Origin: an uncultured Microthrixaceae bacterium
GTDB taxonomy: Bacteria > Actinomycetota > Acidimicrobiia > Acidimicrobiales > VFJN01
Direction: 5' to 3'
NCBI GenBank assembly: GCA_963727905.1
Contig: CAVSIC010000021.1
Location: forward strand, 34,998 to 98,997
DNA length: 64,000 bases
A program made the position numbers and the translations under genes. The notes under the pieces were generated by a model. That model was given only the letters and a program-made list of their open reading frames with translations. It was not told the DNA's origin and ran no database searches. Below, piece by piece: positions 8,476 through 16,159 of the stretch (the stretch's first letter is position 1; each line of letters begins with the position of its first letter).

Positions 8476-9000
8476 GTGGCCATCACGTTCCGCCCCCTGC
8501 GCGACCACGACCTCCCGCTGCTGCACGCGTGGCTGAACGACCCCGAGGTCGTGCGCTGGTGGGAGGGAGACGACGTCCGCTGGCCTGCGGTTGTGCAGGA
8601 CTACTGCGAGGCCTCCACCCGCGACGAGCCCGAGGAGCACCACCTCGCCCTCGATGACGGGCGGCCGTTCGGGTGGATCCAGTGCTACCCGGCGTCGGCG
8701 CACCCCGAGGAGGGCGAGCCCTGGACGGCGGCCGGCGCCGACCCCACGTGCGCGGGCATCGACTACCTCATCGGACGCCCTGAGGATCGCGGCCGGGGGC
8801 TCGGCCCACGGATGATCGCCGCCTTCGTGGAGCACGTGGTGTTCCCGCGCCATCCGGAGTGGACCCAGGTCGGCGCCGCCCCCGACGTCGGCAACGCCGC
8901 CAGCTGGGGGTCCCTGGCCAAGCTCGGCTTCCGCCGCGTCGACGACATCCCCGGCAAGGACGGCCCTGGCCGACTGATGGTGTTGGACCGCCCGGCCTAG
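8476..9000 (+). CDS. GNAT-family N-acetyltransferase (Acetyltransf_8 / AAC(6')-like fold)
   Basis: 174 aa. N-terminus 'FRPLRDHDLPLLHAWLNDPEVVRWW', then 'IDYLIGRPEDRGRGLGPRMI' (acetyl-CoA pyrophosphate-binding R/Q-x-x-G-x-G/A pattern). Confidence 0.75.
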   Translation: MAITFRPLRDHDLPLLHAWLNDPEVVRWWEGDDVRWPAVVQDYCEASTRDEPEEHHLALDDGRPFGWIQCYPASAHPEEGEPWTAAGADPTCAGIDYLIGRPEDRGRGLGPRMIAAFVEHVVFPRHPEWTQVGAAPDVGNAASWGSLAKLGFRRVDDIPGKDGPGRLMVLDRPA

Positions 9001-9494
9001 CCGACGGAAGCCGAGTCGAGGCGTTGCGCCAGGCGGCGCAGCGACTCGGCGTTGCGGGCGTGGAGGACCGGCCGCAGCACCGGCGTGAGGGCCACCCAGC
9101 CGCCCTTGGGCCGCTCGCTGAACCGGACCTCGCTGCCGGTCGCGCACGGCACCACGAGCAGCTCGACGTCCGCCCGGAACAGGCCGACGTGGACCACGAG
9201 CTCGAGGCGGTAGGGCGGGTCGGCCGCGGTGGCCTCGGTGGAGTCGTCGATCGTGGCGCCCTTCGTCGGACCGACGGAGTGGCGGAACTCGGCCCCCGGC
9301 GCCGGGAACGCCGAGTCGACCCCCCGGATGCGCTGGGCGCCGACAAGCCAGTCCGGGTACGTGGCGGGGTCCGCGATCACCGCCCACACGTCCTCCGGGG
9401 AGACCGACACCTCGACGCGGGCTTCGACGGGCGACAGGAGGCCGGGCACGCCCTGCACCTGCCCGCTGCCCGCGTGGGCCAGACGGGGTTTCAC
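8997..9494 (-). CDS. SRPBCC-family protein (polyketide cyclase/dehydrase-like)
   Basis: 165 aa. 'VEVSVSPEDVWAVIADPATYPDWL' is a typical SRPBCC N-terminal strand-helix. Its stop shares the CTAG tetranucleotide with the convergent GNAT stop. Confidence 0.7.
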   Translation of the reverse strand: MKPRLAHAGSGQVQGVPGLLSPVEARVEVSVSPEDVWAVIADPATYPDWLVGAQRIRGVDSAFPAPGAEFRHSVGPTKGATIDDSTEATAADPPYRLELVVHVGLFRADVELLVVPCATGSEVRFSERPKGGWVALTPVLRPVLHARNAESLRRLAQRLDSASVG

Positions 9495-9496
9495 GC

Positions 9497-9533
9497 GGGC
9501 GGGCCCGCCGAGCGTCTTCCGACGGGCCCGCCC
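9497..9533 (-). terminator. GC-rich hairpin between the hemerythrin and SRPBCC genes (11-bp stem, 15-nt loop, no U-tract)
   Basis: GGGCGGGCCCG (9497-9507) pairs perfectly with CGGGCCCGCCC (9523-9533). It lies 13 nt downstream of the hemerythrin stop on the minus strand. Confidence 0.4.
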
Positions 9534-9545
9534 ACGCGGCCTGAG

Positions 9546-10109
9546 CTACTGGGCCATCGCCTCCGACAGCGCCTCGGCCAGCTCTTCCTTCTTCATGTCC
9601 GACGCGCCGTCGATGCCGGCGTTCTCGGCCTCGGCGACGAGCTCCTCCTTGGACGAAGCCTTGGCGAGGGCCTCGGCCGGCATCGGCATGCCGAGGGCGA
9701 GCCGCTTGGCCATGAACGGCGTGGCCATGTCGGCCAGCACCGTCTCGCCATCCGAGCGGAGCTTCGGGAAGACGTCGTTCTCCTCCTCGTCGACGTGGTG
9801 CGTGATGCCGGCGATGAGCGCGTCGAGCGCGGCACCGAACCCGGGTTCGTCGGGGGCCAGCGACTGCACGTCCTTGAGGGCCTTCTTGGCGAGCTCGTGC
9901 TCGGTCTCGCCCTCCTGCACGGGCTCCTCGCCGGTGACGGGCTTCATCTTCGGGTACACGACCTCCTCCTCGAGCGCCATGTGCGCCAGGAGGTTGGTGG
10001 TCAGCTCCTCGATGAGAGGCGTGCGGGCGGCGCCCTCGGCCTTCTCGATCTTGTCGAAGAGCTCCTCCACCGTGCGGTGGTCGGCTTCCAGGATCCGGGT
10101 CACGTCCAT
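9546..10109 (-). CDS. Hemerythrin HHE cation-binding domain protein with a C-terminal Rho_N/SAP-like helix-extended-helix tail
   Basis: 187 aa. 'ILEADHRTVEELF', 'HMALEEEVVYP' and 'HHVDEEENDVFP' are hemerythrin His/Glu ligand motifs. The tail 'SKEELVAEAENAGIDGASDMKKEELAEAL' resembles the Rho N-terminal motif. Confidence 0.85.
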   Translation of the reverse strand: MDVTRILEADHRTVEELFDKIEKAEGAARTPLIEELTTNLLAHMALEEEVVYPKMKPVTGEEPVQEGETEHELAKKALKDVQSLAPDEPGFGAALDALIAGITHHVDEEENDVFPKLRSDGETVLADMATPFMAKRLALGMPMPAEALAKASSKEELVAEAENAGIDGASDMKKEELAEALSEAMAQ

Positions 10110-10123
10110 TGCGCGTCCTCCAT

Positions 10124-10157
10124 CGGGGTGGGTTGGGAACCGGGGTGGGTTGGGAAC
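10124..10157. repeat. Perfect 17-bp tandem direct repeat CGGGGTGGGTTGGGAAC x2
   Basis: Read directly at 10124-10140 and 10141-10157. It starts 15 nt upstream of the hemerythrin start codon (10109, minus strand), in the divergent intergenic region. Confidence 0.95.
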
Positions 10158-10231
10158 GACCCGCCGCTACCCAGGCCCGGGCTCGTCCAACCAACGGGTT
10201 TGCCGCCGCCGAAGGCGGGTAGCGGCTGCCG

Positions 10232-11281
10232 ATGACCATCCTGAGCCCGAGCGGCCCGAGCACCGCAGGACCCGAGGATCGGCCCGTCGACCTGCCTGCC
10301 GCCCGCGGCCCGGTGTCCGGTTGGCTGCTCCACCATCTCCGTCGCCCGGTGCACGACGTCGGTCGGGCGCCGATGGCGGACGACCACCCGATCACCGGCG
10401 AGGACAGCGCGCTCGCGCTGTACCTCTGCTACGAGCTCCACTACCTCGGCCTCCCGGACGTGGAGGAGAGCTGGGAGTGGGAGCCGTCGCTGCTGGCCGT
10501 GCGGGCCGGCCTCGAACACCGCTTCGAGCGGGCGCTGGTCGACCTCGTCGGCCACCCCCCGGTCGGCCTCGCCGCCGAGGACGTGGTCGACGACCTCCGG
10601 AGCCTCGCCGAGGGCGGCGACGACGGGCCTTCGCTCTCCGCCCACCTCGAGGCGGCCGGCACCCTGACCGAAGCCCGCGAGCTGGCGGTCCACCGCTCCG
10701 CCTACCAGCTCAAGGAGGCCGATCCACACACCTGGGGGCTCCCCCGCCTGACCGGCCGGGCCAAGGCCGGGATGCTCGAGATCCAGCGCGGCGAGTACGG
10801 CGACGGAGATCCGAACGAGGTCCACGCCACGCTGTTCGCCCGGACGATGCGGGCCCTCGGGCTCGACGCCCGCTACGGGGCGCTCGTCGACCAGGTGCCG
10901 GCCATCTCCCTGAGCACGTGCAACCTCATCTCGCTCTTCGGCCTGCACCGCCGCTGGCGGGGCGCGCTCGTCGGCCACCTCGCGCTGTTCGAGATGTGCT
11001 CGGTGACGCCCATGAGCCGCTACCAGCGCGGCCTCGAGCGCCTCGGCCTCGACGAGGCGGCCACCCGCTTCTACGCGGCGCACGTCATCGCCGACGAGCA
11101 CCACCAGGTGGTGGCCTTGCGCGACATGGTCCGCCCACTCGTGGAGGACGAGCCGTTCCTCAGCGGCGAGGTGGTGTTCGGAGCGCGGGCCCTGCAGGCG
11201 GTCGAGTCGTTGTTCGCCGAGCACGTGCTGGGCGCCTGGGAGCGGGGCGAGACCTCGCTGCGCTCGGGCGACCTCGGCTAG
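10232..11281 (+). CDS. Iron-containing redox enzyme family protein (heme-oxygenase-like fold, Haem_oxygenas_2 type)
   Basis: 349 aa. 'ALALYLCYELHYLG', 'HRSAYQLKEADPHTW' and 'EIQRGEYGDGDPNEVHATLFARTM...FEMCSVTPMSRY...HVIADEHH' match the helical di-iron/heme-oxygenase-like family as I recognise it. Confidence 0.75.
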   Translation: MTILSPSGPSTAGPEDRPVDLPAARGPVSGWLLHHLRRPVHDVGRAPMADDHPITGEDSALALYLCYELHYLGLPDVEESWEWEPSLLAVRAGLEHRFERALVDLVGHPPVGLAAEDVVDDLRSLAEGGDDGPSLSAHLEAAGTLTEARELAVHRSAYQLKEADPHTWGLPRLTGRAKAGMLEIQRGEYGDGDPNEVHATLFARTMRALGLDARYGALVDQVPAISLSTCNLISLFGLHRRWRGALVGHLALFEMCSVTPMSRYQRGLERLGLDEAATRFYAAHVIADEHHQVVALRDMVRPLVEDEPFLSGEVVFGARALQAVESLFAEHVLGAWERGETSLRSGDLG

Positions 11282-11310
11282 CGACCCGCCGAGGCGGGTA
11301 CGCCCCGACC

Positions 11311-12192
11311 ATGCCCCGCCCCGTCTGGACCGGTTCGCTCTCCTTCGGCCTGGTCAACGTCCCCGTGAAGGCGTTCACCGCCACGCGGGACCACTCCGTC
11401 CACTTCCACCAGCTGGAGAAGAAGACCGGCGCCCGCATCCGCAACCAGCGGGTGTCCGACAAGACCGGCAAGCAGGTCGACGCCGACGACATCGAGATGG
11501 GCTACGAGCTGCGCAAGGGCCGCTACGTCACCTTCGAGAAGGACGAGCTCGAGGAGCTCAAGCCGGAGTCGACCCGAGCGGTCGAGGTCACCGACTTCGT
11601 GGCGCTGGAGGACATCGACCCGATGTTCTACGACCGCACCTACTGGCTGGCCCCCGCCGACGACCACGCCAAGGAGGCGTACCAGCTCCTCCACGCGGCG
11701 ATGGTCGAGCGCGGCCGCGTGGGCATCGGCACGGTGGTGATGCGCAACAACCAGTACCTCACCGCCATCCGACCCATCGACAAGGCGCTCGCCATGTCGA
11801 CGATGCGCTTCGCCGACGAGATCGTCGACCGCAGCGACATCGACGGGCTCCCCACCCGCCGCACCAAGCCCAGCCCCAAGGCGTTGCAGCTGGCCACGCA
11901 GATCGTCGACGCGCTGTCGAGCGAGTGGAACCCCGAGCAGTACCACGACACCTACACCGAGGAGCTCGAGGACATCATCGCCAAGAAGGACAAGGGCAAG
12001 GCCGACGTGGTGGAGGAGTCGGGCACCACCGAGCCCCGTGCCGACGTCGGCGACCTGATGGCCGCCCTCGAGGCCAGCATCTCGAAGTCGGGGCGCAAGG
12101 GCTCCTCCCGGCGCTCGTCCCGGCCGGCCACCAAGACGGGCACCGCATCCGGCACGACCACCAAGCGCAAGGCCCGCGCCAAGGCCGGCTGA
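11311..12192 (+). CDS. ku: Ku protein (non-homologous end joining)
   Basis: 293 aa starting at ATG 11311, inside the spurious track ORF 9229..12192. 'MPRPVWTGSLSFGLVNVPVKAFTATRDHSVHFHQL...GYELRKGRYVTFEKDELE...MFYDRTYWLAP' is the canonical bacterial Ku core. The tail is Lys/Arg-rich. Confidence 0.92.
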   Translation: MPRPVWTGSLSFGLVNVPVKAFTATRDHSVHFHQLEKKTGARIRNQRVSDKTGKQVDADDIEMGYELRKGRYVTFEKDELEELKPESTRAVEVTDFVALEDIDPMFYDRTYWLAPADDHAKEAYQLLHAAMVERGRVGIGTVVMRNNQYLTAIRPIDKALAMSTMRFADEIVDRSDIDGLPTRRTKPSPKALQLATQIVDALSSEWNPEQYHDTYTEELEDIIAKKDKGKADVVEESGTTEPRADVGDLMAALEASISKSGRKGSSRRSSRPATKTGTASGTTTKRKARAKAG

Positions 12193-12195
12193 TGG

Positions 12196-12753
12196 TCACT
12201 CCTCCACGTGGACGTGCTCGTGGTGGGCACCGACGAGGACGACCGCCAGCGTGGCCGGTTCGGTGCCGGGGTTCGACCACCGGTGGCGGGTGCCGTTCTG
12301 CACCACCGTGTCGCCGGCGGCGAGCGTGACCATCGCGCCGTCGTCCAGCTCGAGCACGGGGGTGCCGGACAGCACGACCTCGATGTCGCAGGTGGCGGTG
12401 GTGTGCATGCCGGGGGCGCCTGGCTCCATGTGGTCGAGCAGGCCGGGGAGGGTGGCGTTGACCTCGGCCAGGGCGGCCCCGACGTCGACGCCTTCGGGCA
12501 GCTCGTTGTCGCCGTCGGGCGGCAGCGTGAAGAAGTTGAAGCGGAAGCCGCCGACGCTCGGGAAGTAGCGCGACCGCGGCTGCATCGTGCCGTCGTCCGG
12601 GAAGTGCGGCGCCTCGTCGAAGCTCCACAGCTGGTGGAACGAGCTCTTCGGCGAGAACCCCGGCACGAACGGCGCGACGAGGTCGTCGCTGACGAACACC
12701 GCCTTGCCGTCGGCGTCGTGCCCCGTGACCACCCTGCGCACGTCCATGTGCAT
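12196..12753 (-). CDS. Cupin-domain protein
   Basis: The cupin beta-barrel motif 'GMHTTATCDIEVVLSGTPVLELDDGAMVTLAAGDTVVQNGTRHRW' is present. Start set at ATG 12753 (GGGGGA just upstream). The track start 12789 is less likely because it lies in a hairpin-containing upstream region. Confidence 0.7.
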   Translation of the reverse strand: MHMDVRRVVTGHDADGKAVFVSDDLVAPFVPGFSPKSSFHQLWSFDEAPHFPDDGTMQPRSRYFPSVGGFRFNFFTLPPDGDNELPEGVDVGAALAEVNATLPGLLDHMEPGAPGMHTTATCDIEVVLSGTPVLELDDGAMVTLAAGDTVVQNGTRHRWSNPGTEPATLAVVLVGAHHEHVHVEE

Positions 12754-12923
12754 CCCCCGTTCGGTTCTGAATGCGCGAAACCCTCGCATGCCGAGGTTTC
12801 ACGCACACAGAATCCGTGGACGTCGCTACCGGACCCTGGTGACCGGGCCGAGGTAGCCGTGGAACAGCCGCCACATCCGGTGCGGGGGTGCTCCGACCTC
12901 GAACAGCACCTCGTGCCGCTGCA

Positions 12924-13571
12924 TCAGCCGCCGGTCCCCCACTCGTCCCAGTAGGTGATGGTCTCGGCAGGCGGGCGGGCCGCCGGCTTGAAGTCGGTGC
13001 CGATCGTGTGGGCCACGGGGAACAGCGCCACCTGCGTGATGTCGGCGGGGATGCCGAGCAGCTCCGCCACCTCCTGCTCCTTGAAGAGGTGGAGCGTGGT
13101 CCACACGGAGCCGAGGCCGCGGGAGCGCAGCGCGAGGAGGAAGCTCCAGGCGGCCGGGAGGATGGACCCATAGCTCGACGCCGCGATGCCGTTGGGCAGG
13201 TTGTCGACGCGGCCCTGGATGCACGGGATGACGTGGACCGGCACGCGGTCGAGGAACTTGGTGAGCTCGAAGGCGCTCTCGTAGACACGTCGGGTCTGCG
13301 GATCCTCCGAGGTCTGGGCCGCCATCTCGAGGTAGGCCGCCCCCGCCTCGCTGTAGAGCCGGGCGATCTCGGCCCGCTTCGCGGCGTCGGTCACCACGAC
13401 CCAGCGCCAGCCCTGGCCGTTGCTCCCCGTCGGGGCCTGTTGGGCCAGCTCGACGCACTCGAGGATCACGGCCGGATCGACCGGGCGCTCCAGGTCGAGC
13501 CGGCGACGCACGCTCCGCGTGGTGCTCAGCAGGCGATCGGTCTCGGCAAGGTCGAACAGTGCTTCTGACAC
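12924..13571 (-). CDS. Nitroreductase-family (FMN) oxidoreductase
   Basis: 'TTRSVRRRLDLERPVDPAVILECVELAQQAPTGSNGQGWRWVVV' is the typical nitroreductase N-terminus. Start chosen at GTG 13571; GTG 13583 and the track start 13712 are alternatives, and 13712 would run through the divergent promoter. Confidence 0.8.
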   Translation of the reverse strand: MSEALFDLAETDRLLSTTRSVRRRLDLERPVDPAVILECVELAQQAPTGSNGQGWRWVVVTDAAKRAEIARLYSEAGAAYLEMAAQTSEDPQTRRVYESAFELTKFLDRVPVHVIPCIQGRVDNLPNGIAASSYGSILPAAWSFLLALRSRGLGSVWTTLHLFKEQEVAELLGIPADITQVALFPVAHTIGTDFKPAARPPAETITYWDEWGTGG

Positions 13572-13597
13572 CCGTGTCACCGTACTGCCAAGGTCCG

Positions 13598-13632
13598 TTG
13601 CCAGATGGTATCCATTCGGATACCATCTGCCC
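13598..13632 (+). promoter_or_regulatory. Sigma70-like promoter (-35 TTGCCA 13598-13603, 17-bp spacer, -10 TACCAT 13621-13626) overlapped by a perfect 12-4-12 inverted repeat (13602-13629); the transcript is predicted to be leaderless
   Basis: CAGATGGTATCC attc GGATACCATCTG read directly. The ATG at 13633 lies 6 nt after the -10 hexamer and has no Shine-Dalgarno sequence. Confidence 0.6.
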
Positions 13633-13953
13633 ATGACCGCCGCCCAGGCCCTCAAGGAGATCCGCCGCCGCTCGGGGCTGGGCCTCCGGGAGCTGGCGCG
13701 ACGCGGGGGCACCTCGCACGCGACCCTCCACGCCTACGAGTCGGGCGCCAAGGAGCCGCGCCTCGACACGGTGGCCCGACTGGCCGACGCCGCCGGCTTC
13801 ACCCTCGAGGTCAACCTCGCCCCTCGCCCCGACGCTGGGGCCGCTCGGGCGGACAAGGGTCGGGAGCTGGCCGAGGCCCTCGAGCTGGCCGCCGCGTTCC
13901 CCGCCCGCCACCACGCCCGCCTGCGGGCGCCCATCTTCGGCGCGGTCACCTGA
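13633..13953 (+). CDS. XRE-family helix-turn-helix regulator (antitoxin-like)
   Basis: 106 aa. 'LKEIRRRSGLGLRELARRGGTSHATLHAYESGAKEPRLDTVARLADAAG' is a classic HTH_XRE (HTH_3) domain. The C-terminal 45 aa are unassigned. Confidence 0.8.
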   Translation: MTAAQALKEIRRRSGLGLRELARRGGTSHATLHAYESGAKEPRLDTVARLADAAGFTLEVNLAPRPDAGAARADKGRELAEALELAAAFPARHHARLRAPIFGAVT

Positions 13954-13976
13954 CGCTCATCGGGAAGATCCTCGCG

Positions 13977-14480
13977 GTGCACCACGCGCTGCGCGAAGCC
14001 GGGACCCCCCACGCGTTCGGCGGGGCACTCGCCCTCGCGTGGTGCACCCAGCAGGCCCGAGGCACGATCGACATCGACGTCAACGTGTTCGTCGGTGTGG
14101 ACCAGGCCGGCGCGGTGCTCGCCGCCCTGCCCGACGGCGTGGTGTGGGATGACGCCGACCGGGCCCAGCTCGAGCGCGACGGCCAGATCCGGCTCTGGTG
14201 GGACCGGACCCCCGTCGACGTGTTCCTCAACACGACGGACTTCCACGCAGGTGCCGCGTCCCGGGCGCGGCTCGAGCCGTTCGAGGGCGAGGACGTCCCG
14301 TTCCTCGCCTGCCGGGACCTCGCCGTGTTCAAGGCCTTCTTCAACCGGACCAAGGACTGGGCGGACCTCGAGGCGATGGCCGAGGTCGGGGCACTCGACG
14401 TGGAGGCCGTCCTCGGCGTGCTCGCCCGCTACCTCGGCTCCGACGACGAGCGCCTCGACCGGCTCCGCTCCCTCACCTGA
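13977..14480 (+). CDS. Minimal nucleotidyltransferase-fold protein (toxin-like partner of the XRE gene)
   Basis: 'AFGGALALAWCTQQARGTIDIDVNVFV' fits the pol-beta nucleotidyltransferase signature G[GS]-x(9-13)-D-x-[DE]. The start is uncertain: GTG 13977, or CTG 13950 overlapping the XRE stop. Confidence 0.55.
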   Translation: MHHALREAGTPHAFGGALALAWCTQQARGTIDIDVNVFVGVDQAGAVLAALPDGVVWDDADRAQLERDGQIRLWWDRTPVDVFLNTTDFHAGAASRARLEPFEGEDVPFLACRDLAVFKAFFNRTKDWADLEAMAEVGALDVEAVLGVLARYLGSDDERLDRLRSLT

Positions 14481-14530
14481 CGGGGCAGGCGCCACGAGTC
14501 GAGGAGGGGCACCTGGGGTAGGCCCCCGGC

Positions 14531-15130
14531 ATGACCACCGCACCGGAAGCGCTCATCCGCGACCTCGAGCACGAAGATGCCCTCGACGGACCGCAGCAGG
14601 TGATCGGGCGGATCCGCGACGCCCTCCCCGACCCCGTTCGGGAGGAGCTCGAGGGCCAGCGGCTCGGCCATCGGCTCCACCCGCTGTTCACGGACCTGCC
14701 GATCGGGTTCTGGACCAGCGCCTTCTGCATCGACCTCGTCGCCCCGCGCCGTGGCGCCACGGCCGCCCGTCGGTTCGTCGGCCTGGGCGTCCTCAGCGCC
14801 CTGCCCGCCGTGGCCACCGGCGTGGCCGACTTCGGCTACCTCTCGCCGGGCAAGCGGCGGGTCGCGGTGGTGCACGTCGCGGCCAACGCCACCGCCACGG
14901 CGACGTACGGCCTGTCGTACCTGGCTCGGCGCCGGGGCCACCTCGCCCGCGGCATCGTGCTCGGGATGGTGGGGGCCGGGCTCGCGACCGCCGGCGGGTT
15001 CCTGGGCGGCCACCTCGCCTTCGGCCACGACAGCCTCGGCGACGGGGCCGACGCCCCGGCGCCGGAGTCGGCCGGCGTGAGCGTGGCGACCGATCCCGCC
15101 AACGGCCACGCGGTGCCGCTGCGCGTCTGA
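14531..15130 (+). CDS. DUF2231-like integral membrane protein
   Basis: 199 aa. 'HPLFTDLPIGFWTSAFCIDL' followed by three further hydrophobic helices, matching the DUF2231 pattern as I recall it. Confidence 0.65.
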   Translation: MTTAPEALIRDLEHEDALDGPQQVIGRIRDALPDPVREELEGQRLGHRLHPLFTDLPIGFWTSAFCIDLVAPRRGATAARRFVGLGVLSALPAVATGVADFGYLSPGKRRVAVVHVAANATATATYGLSYLARRRGHLARGIVLGMVGAGLATAGGFLGGHLAFGHDSLGDGADAPAPESAGVSVATDPANGHAVPLRV

Positions 15131-15178
15131 CGCTCCTCGTCGCGCCTGACGCTCCTCGTCGACCCCTACGCTCGCATC

Positions 15179-15583
15179 GTGATCGAGGCGGCGGGCGGAG
15201 TGGTCTGGCGGACGGACGACGCGGGACGGCCCGTGCTGCTCCTCGTCCACCGGCCGCACTACGACGACTGGTCGCTGCCGAAGGGCAAGCTCGACGCGGG
15301 TGAGTCGGTCGAGGACGCCGCGCTGCGCGAGGTCCTCGAGGAGACCGGGTTGGCCTGCCGGCTCGGCCGCGAGGCGGCCGAGGTCCGCTACGTGGACCGC
15401 AACGGCAACCGCAAGCGCGTGCGCTACTGGCACATGGAGCTGGTGGAGCCCTTGGCCCTGGCGTTCACGCCCAACGACGAGGTGGACGAGCTGCGCTGGC
15501 TCCCCCCCGACGGGGCCGCCGCCCTCCTCAGCTACGAGCGCGACGTGGCCGTGGTCCGGGAGCTGGAGCGACCCTCGGGCTAG
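15179..15583 (+). CDS. NUDIX hydrolase
   Basis: 134 aa with the Nudix box 'GKLDAGESVEDAALREVLEETGL' (GX5EX7REUXEEXGU). Confidence 0.88.
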   Translation: MIEAAGGVVWRTDDAGRPVLLLVHRPHYDDWSLPKGKLDAGESVEDAALREVLEETGLACRLGREAAEVRYVDRNGNRKRVRYWHMELVEPLALAFTPNDEVDELRWLPPDGAAALLSYERDVAVVRELERPSG

Positions 15584-15596
15584 CGAGCCTTCCGGC

Positions 15597-16055
15597 TCAG
15601 CTGCCCGTCTTCCACTTGTGGACCATGGCAAGGACGGCGGTCAGCACGATCACGGTGTCGAGCACAGCGAAGCCGAGCGTGCGGGACAGGAGCGCGGCCG
15701 CGCCGGACGCGTCGCCGCCCTCCAGCGCGGCGACCCGGCGCTCCGCCAGCCTGGCGAACACGGTGGAGCCCATCACCGCTCCGATCACCACCGCCGAGAC
15801 GCCGACCCAGATGAAGCCGCTGCTCCACGGCCATTCGCCGTCGAGCACCAGGAGCACCCCGGTGATGGGGATGATCGCTCCCATCGCGACGTAGTAGCGC
15901 TGGCCGAGCCACATGGTCTGGCGGGTCCAGGCCACGGCCGACGCGGTCGGCTCCTTGGCGAAGCGGGGTGACAGCACCATCTGCACGAAGTTGGCCCCGA
16001 GCCAGCCGGCCACGGCCGCGATGTGGAGCGTCAGGAGGAGGGTCCGGGTCGTCAT
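15597..16055 (-). CDS. Integral membrane protein, four predicted TM helices, unknown function
   Basis: 152 aa with four hydrophobic segments (LLLTLHIAAVAGWLGANFV, YYVAMGAIIPITGVLLVL, FIWVGVSAVVIGAVMG, FAVLDTVIVLTAVLAMV). Good GC3 bias. Confidence 0.6.
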   Translation of the reverse strand: MTTRTLLLTLHIAAVAGWLGANFVQMVLSPRFAKEPTASAVAWTRQTMWLGQRYYVAMGAIIPITGVLLVLDGEWPWSSGFIWVGVSAVVIGAVMGSTVFARLAERRVAALEGGDASGAAALLSRTLGFAVLDTVIVLTAVLAMVHKWKTGS

Positions 16056-16159
16056 GGGCGCTCAGTCTTCCCCCGTTCGCCAGCCGGTGCTGCCATCCCG
16101 TACGGTGCGGGACGAAGCAGGCAACGCGCGTGACCAATCTCAGGGGGGACCCTCGCACC

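Noticed and set aside
8997-9000. Convergent GNAT and SRPBCC genes share the palindromic tetranucleotide CTAG as both stop codons.
   Set aside because: The observation is real, but it is a trivial consequence of tight convergent packing and has no functional implication that I can support.
12776-12800. The hairpin GAAACCCTCG-catgc-CGAGGTTTC upstream of the cupin gene as a regulatory RNA element.
   Set aside because: It is a short 9-bp stem with one bulge, and I have no second copy or covariation evidence. It may simply be an operator or chance palindrome, which is too weak to report as a finding.
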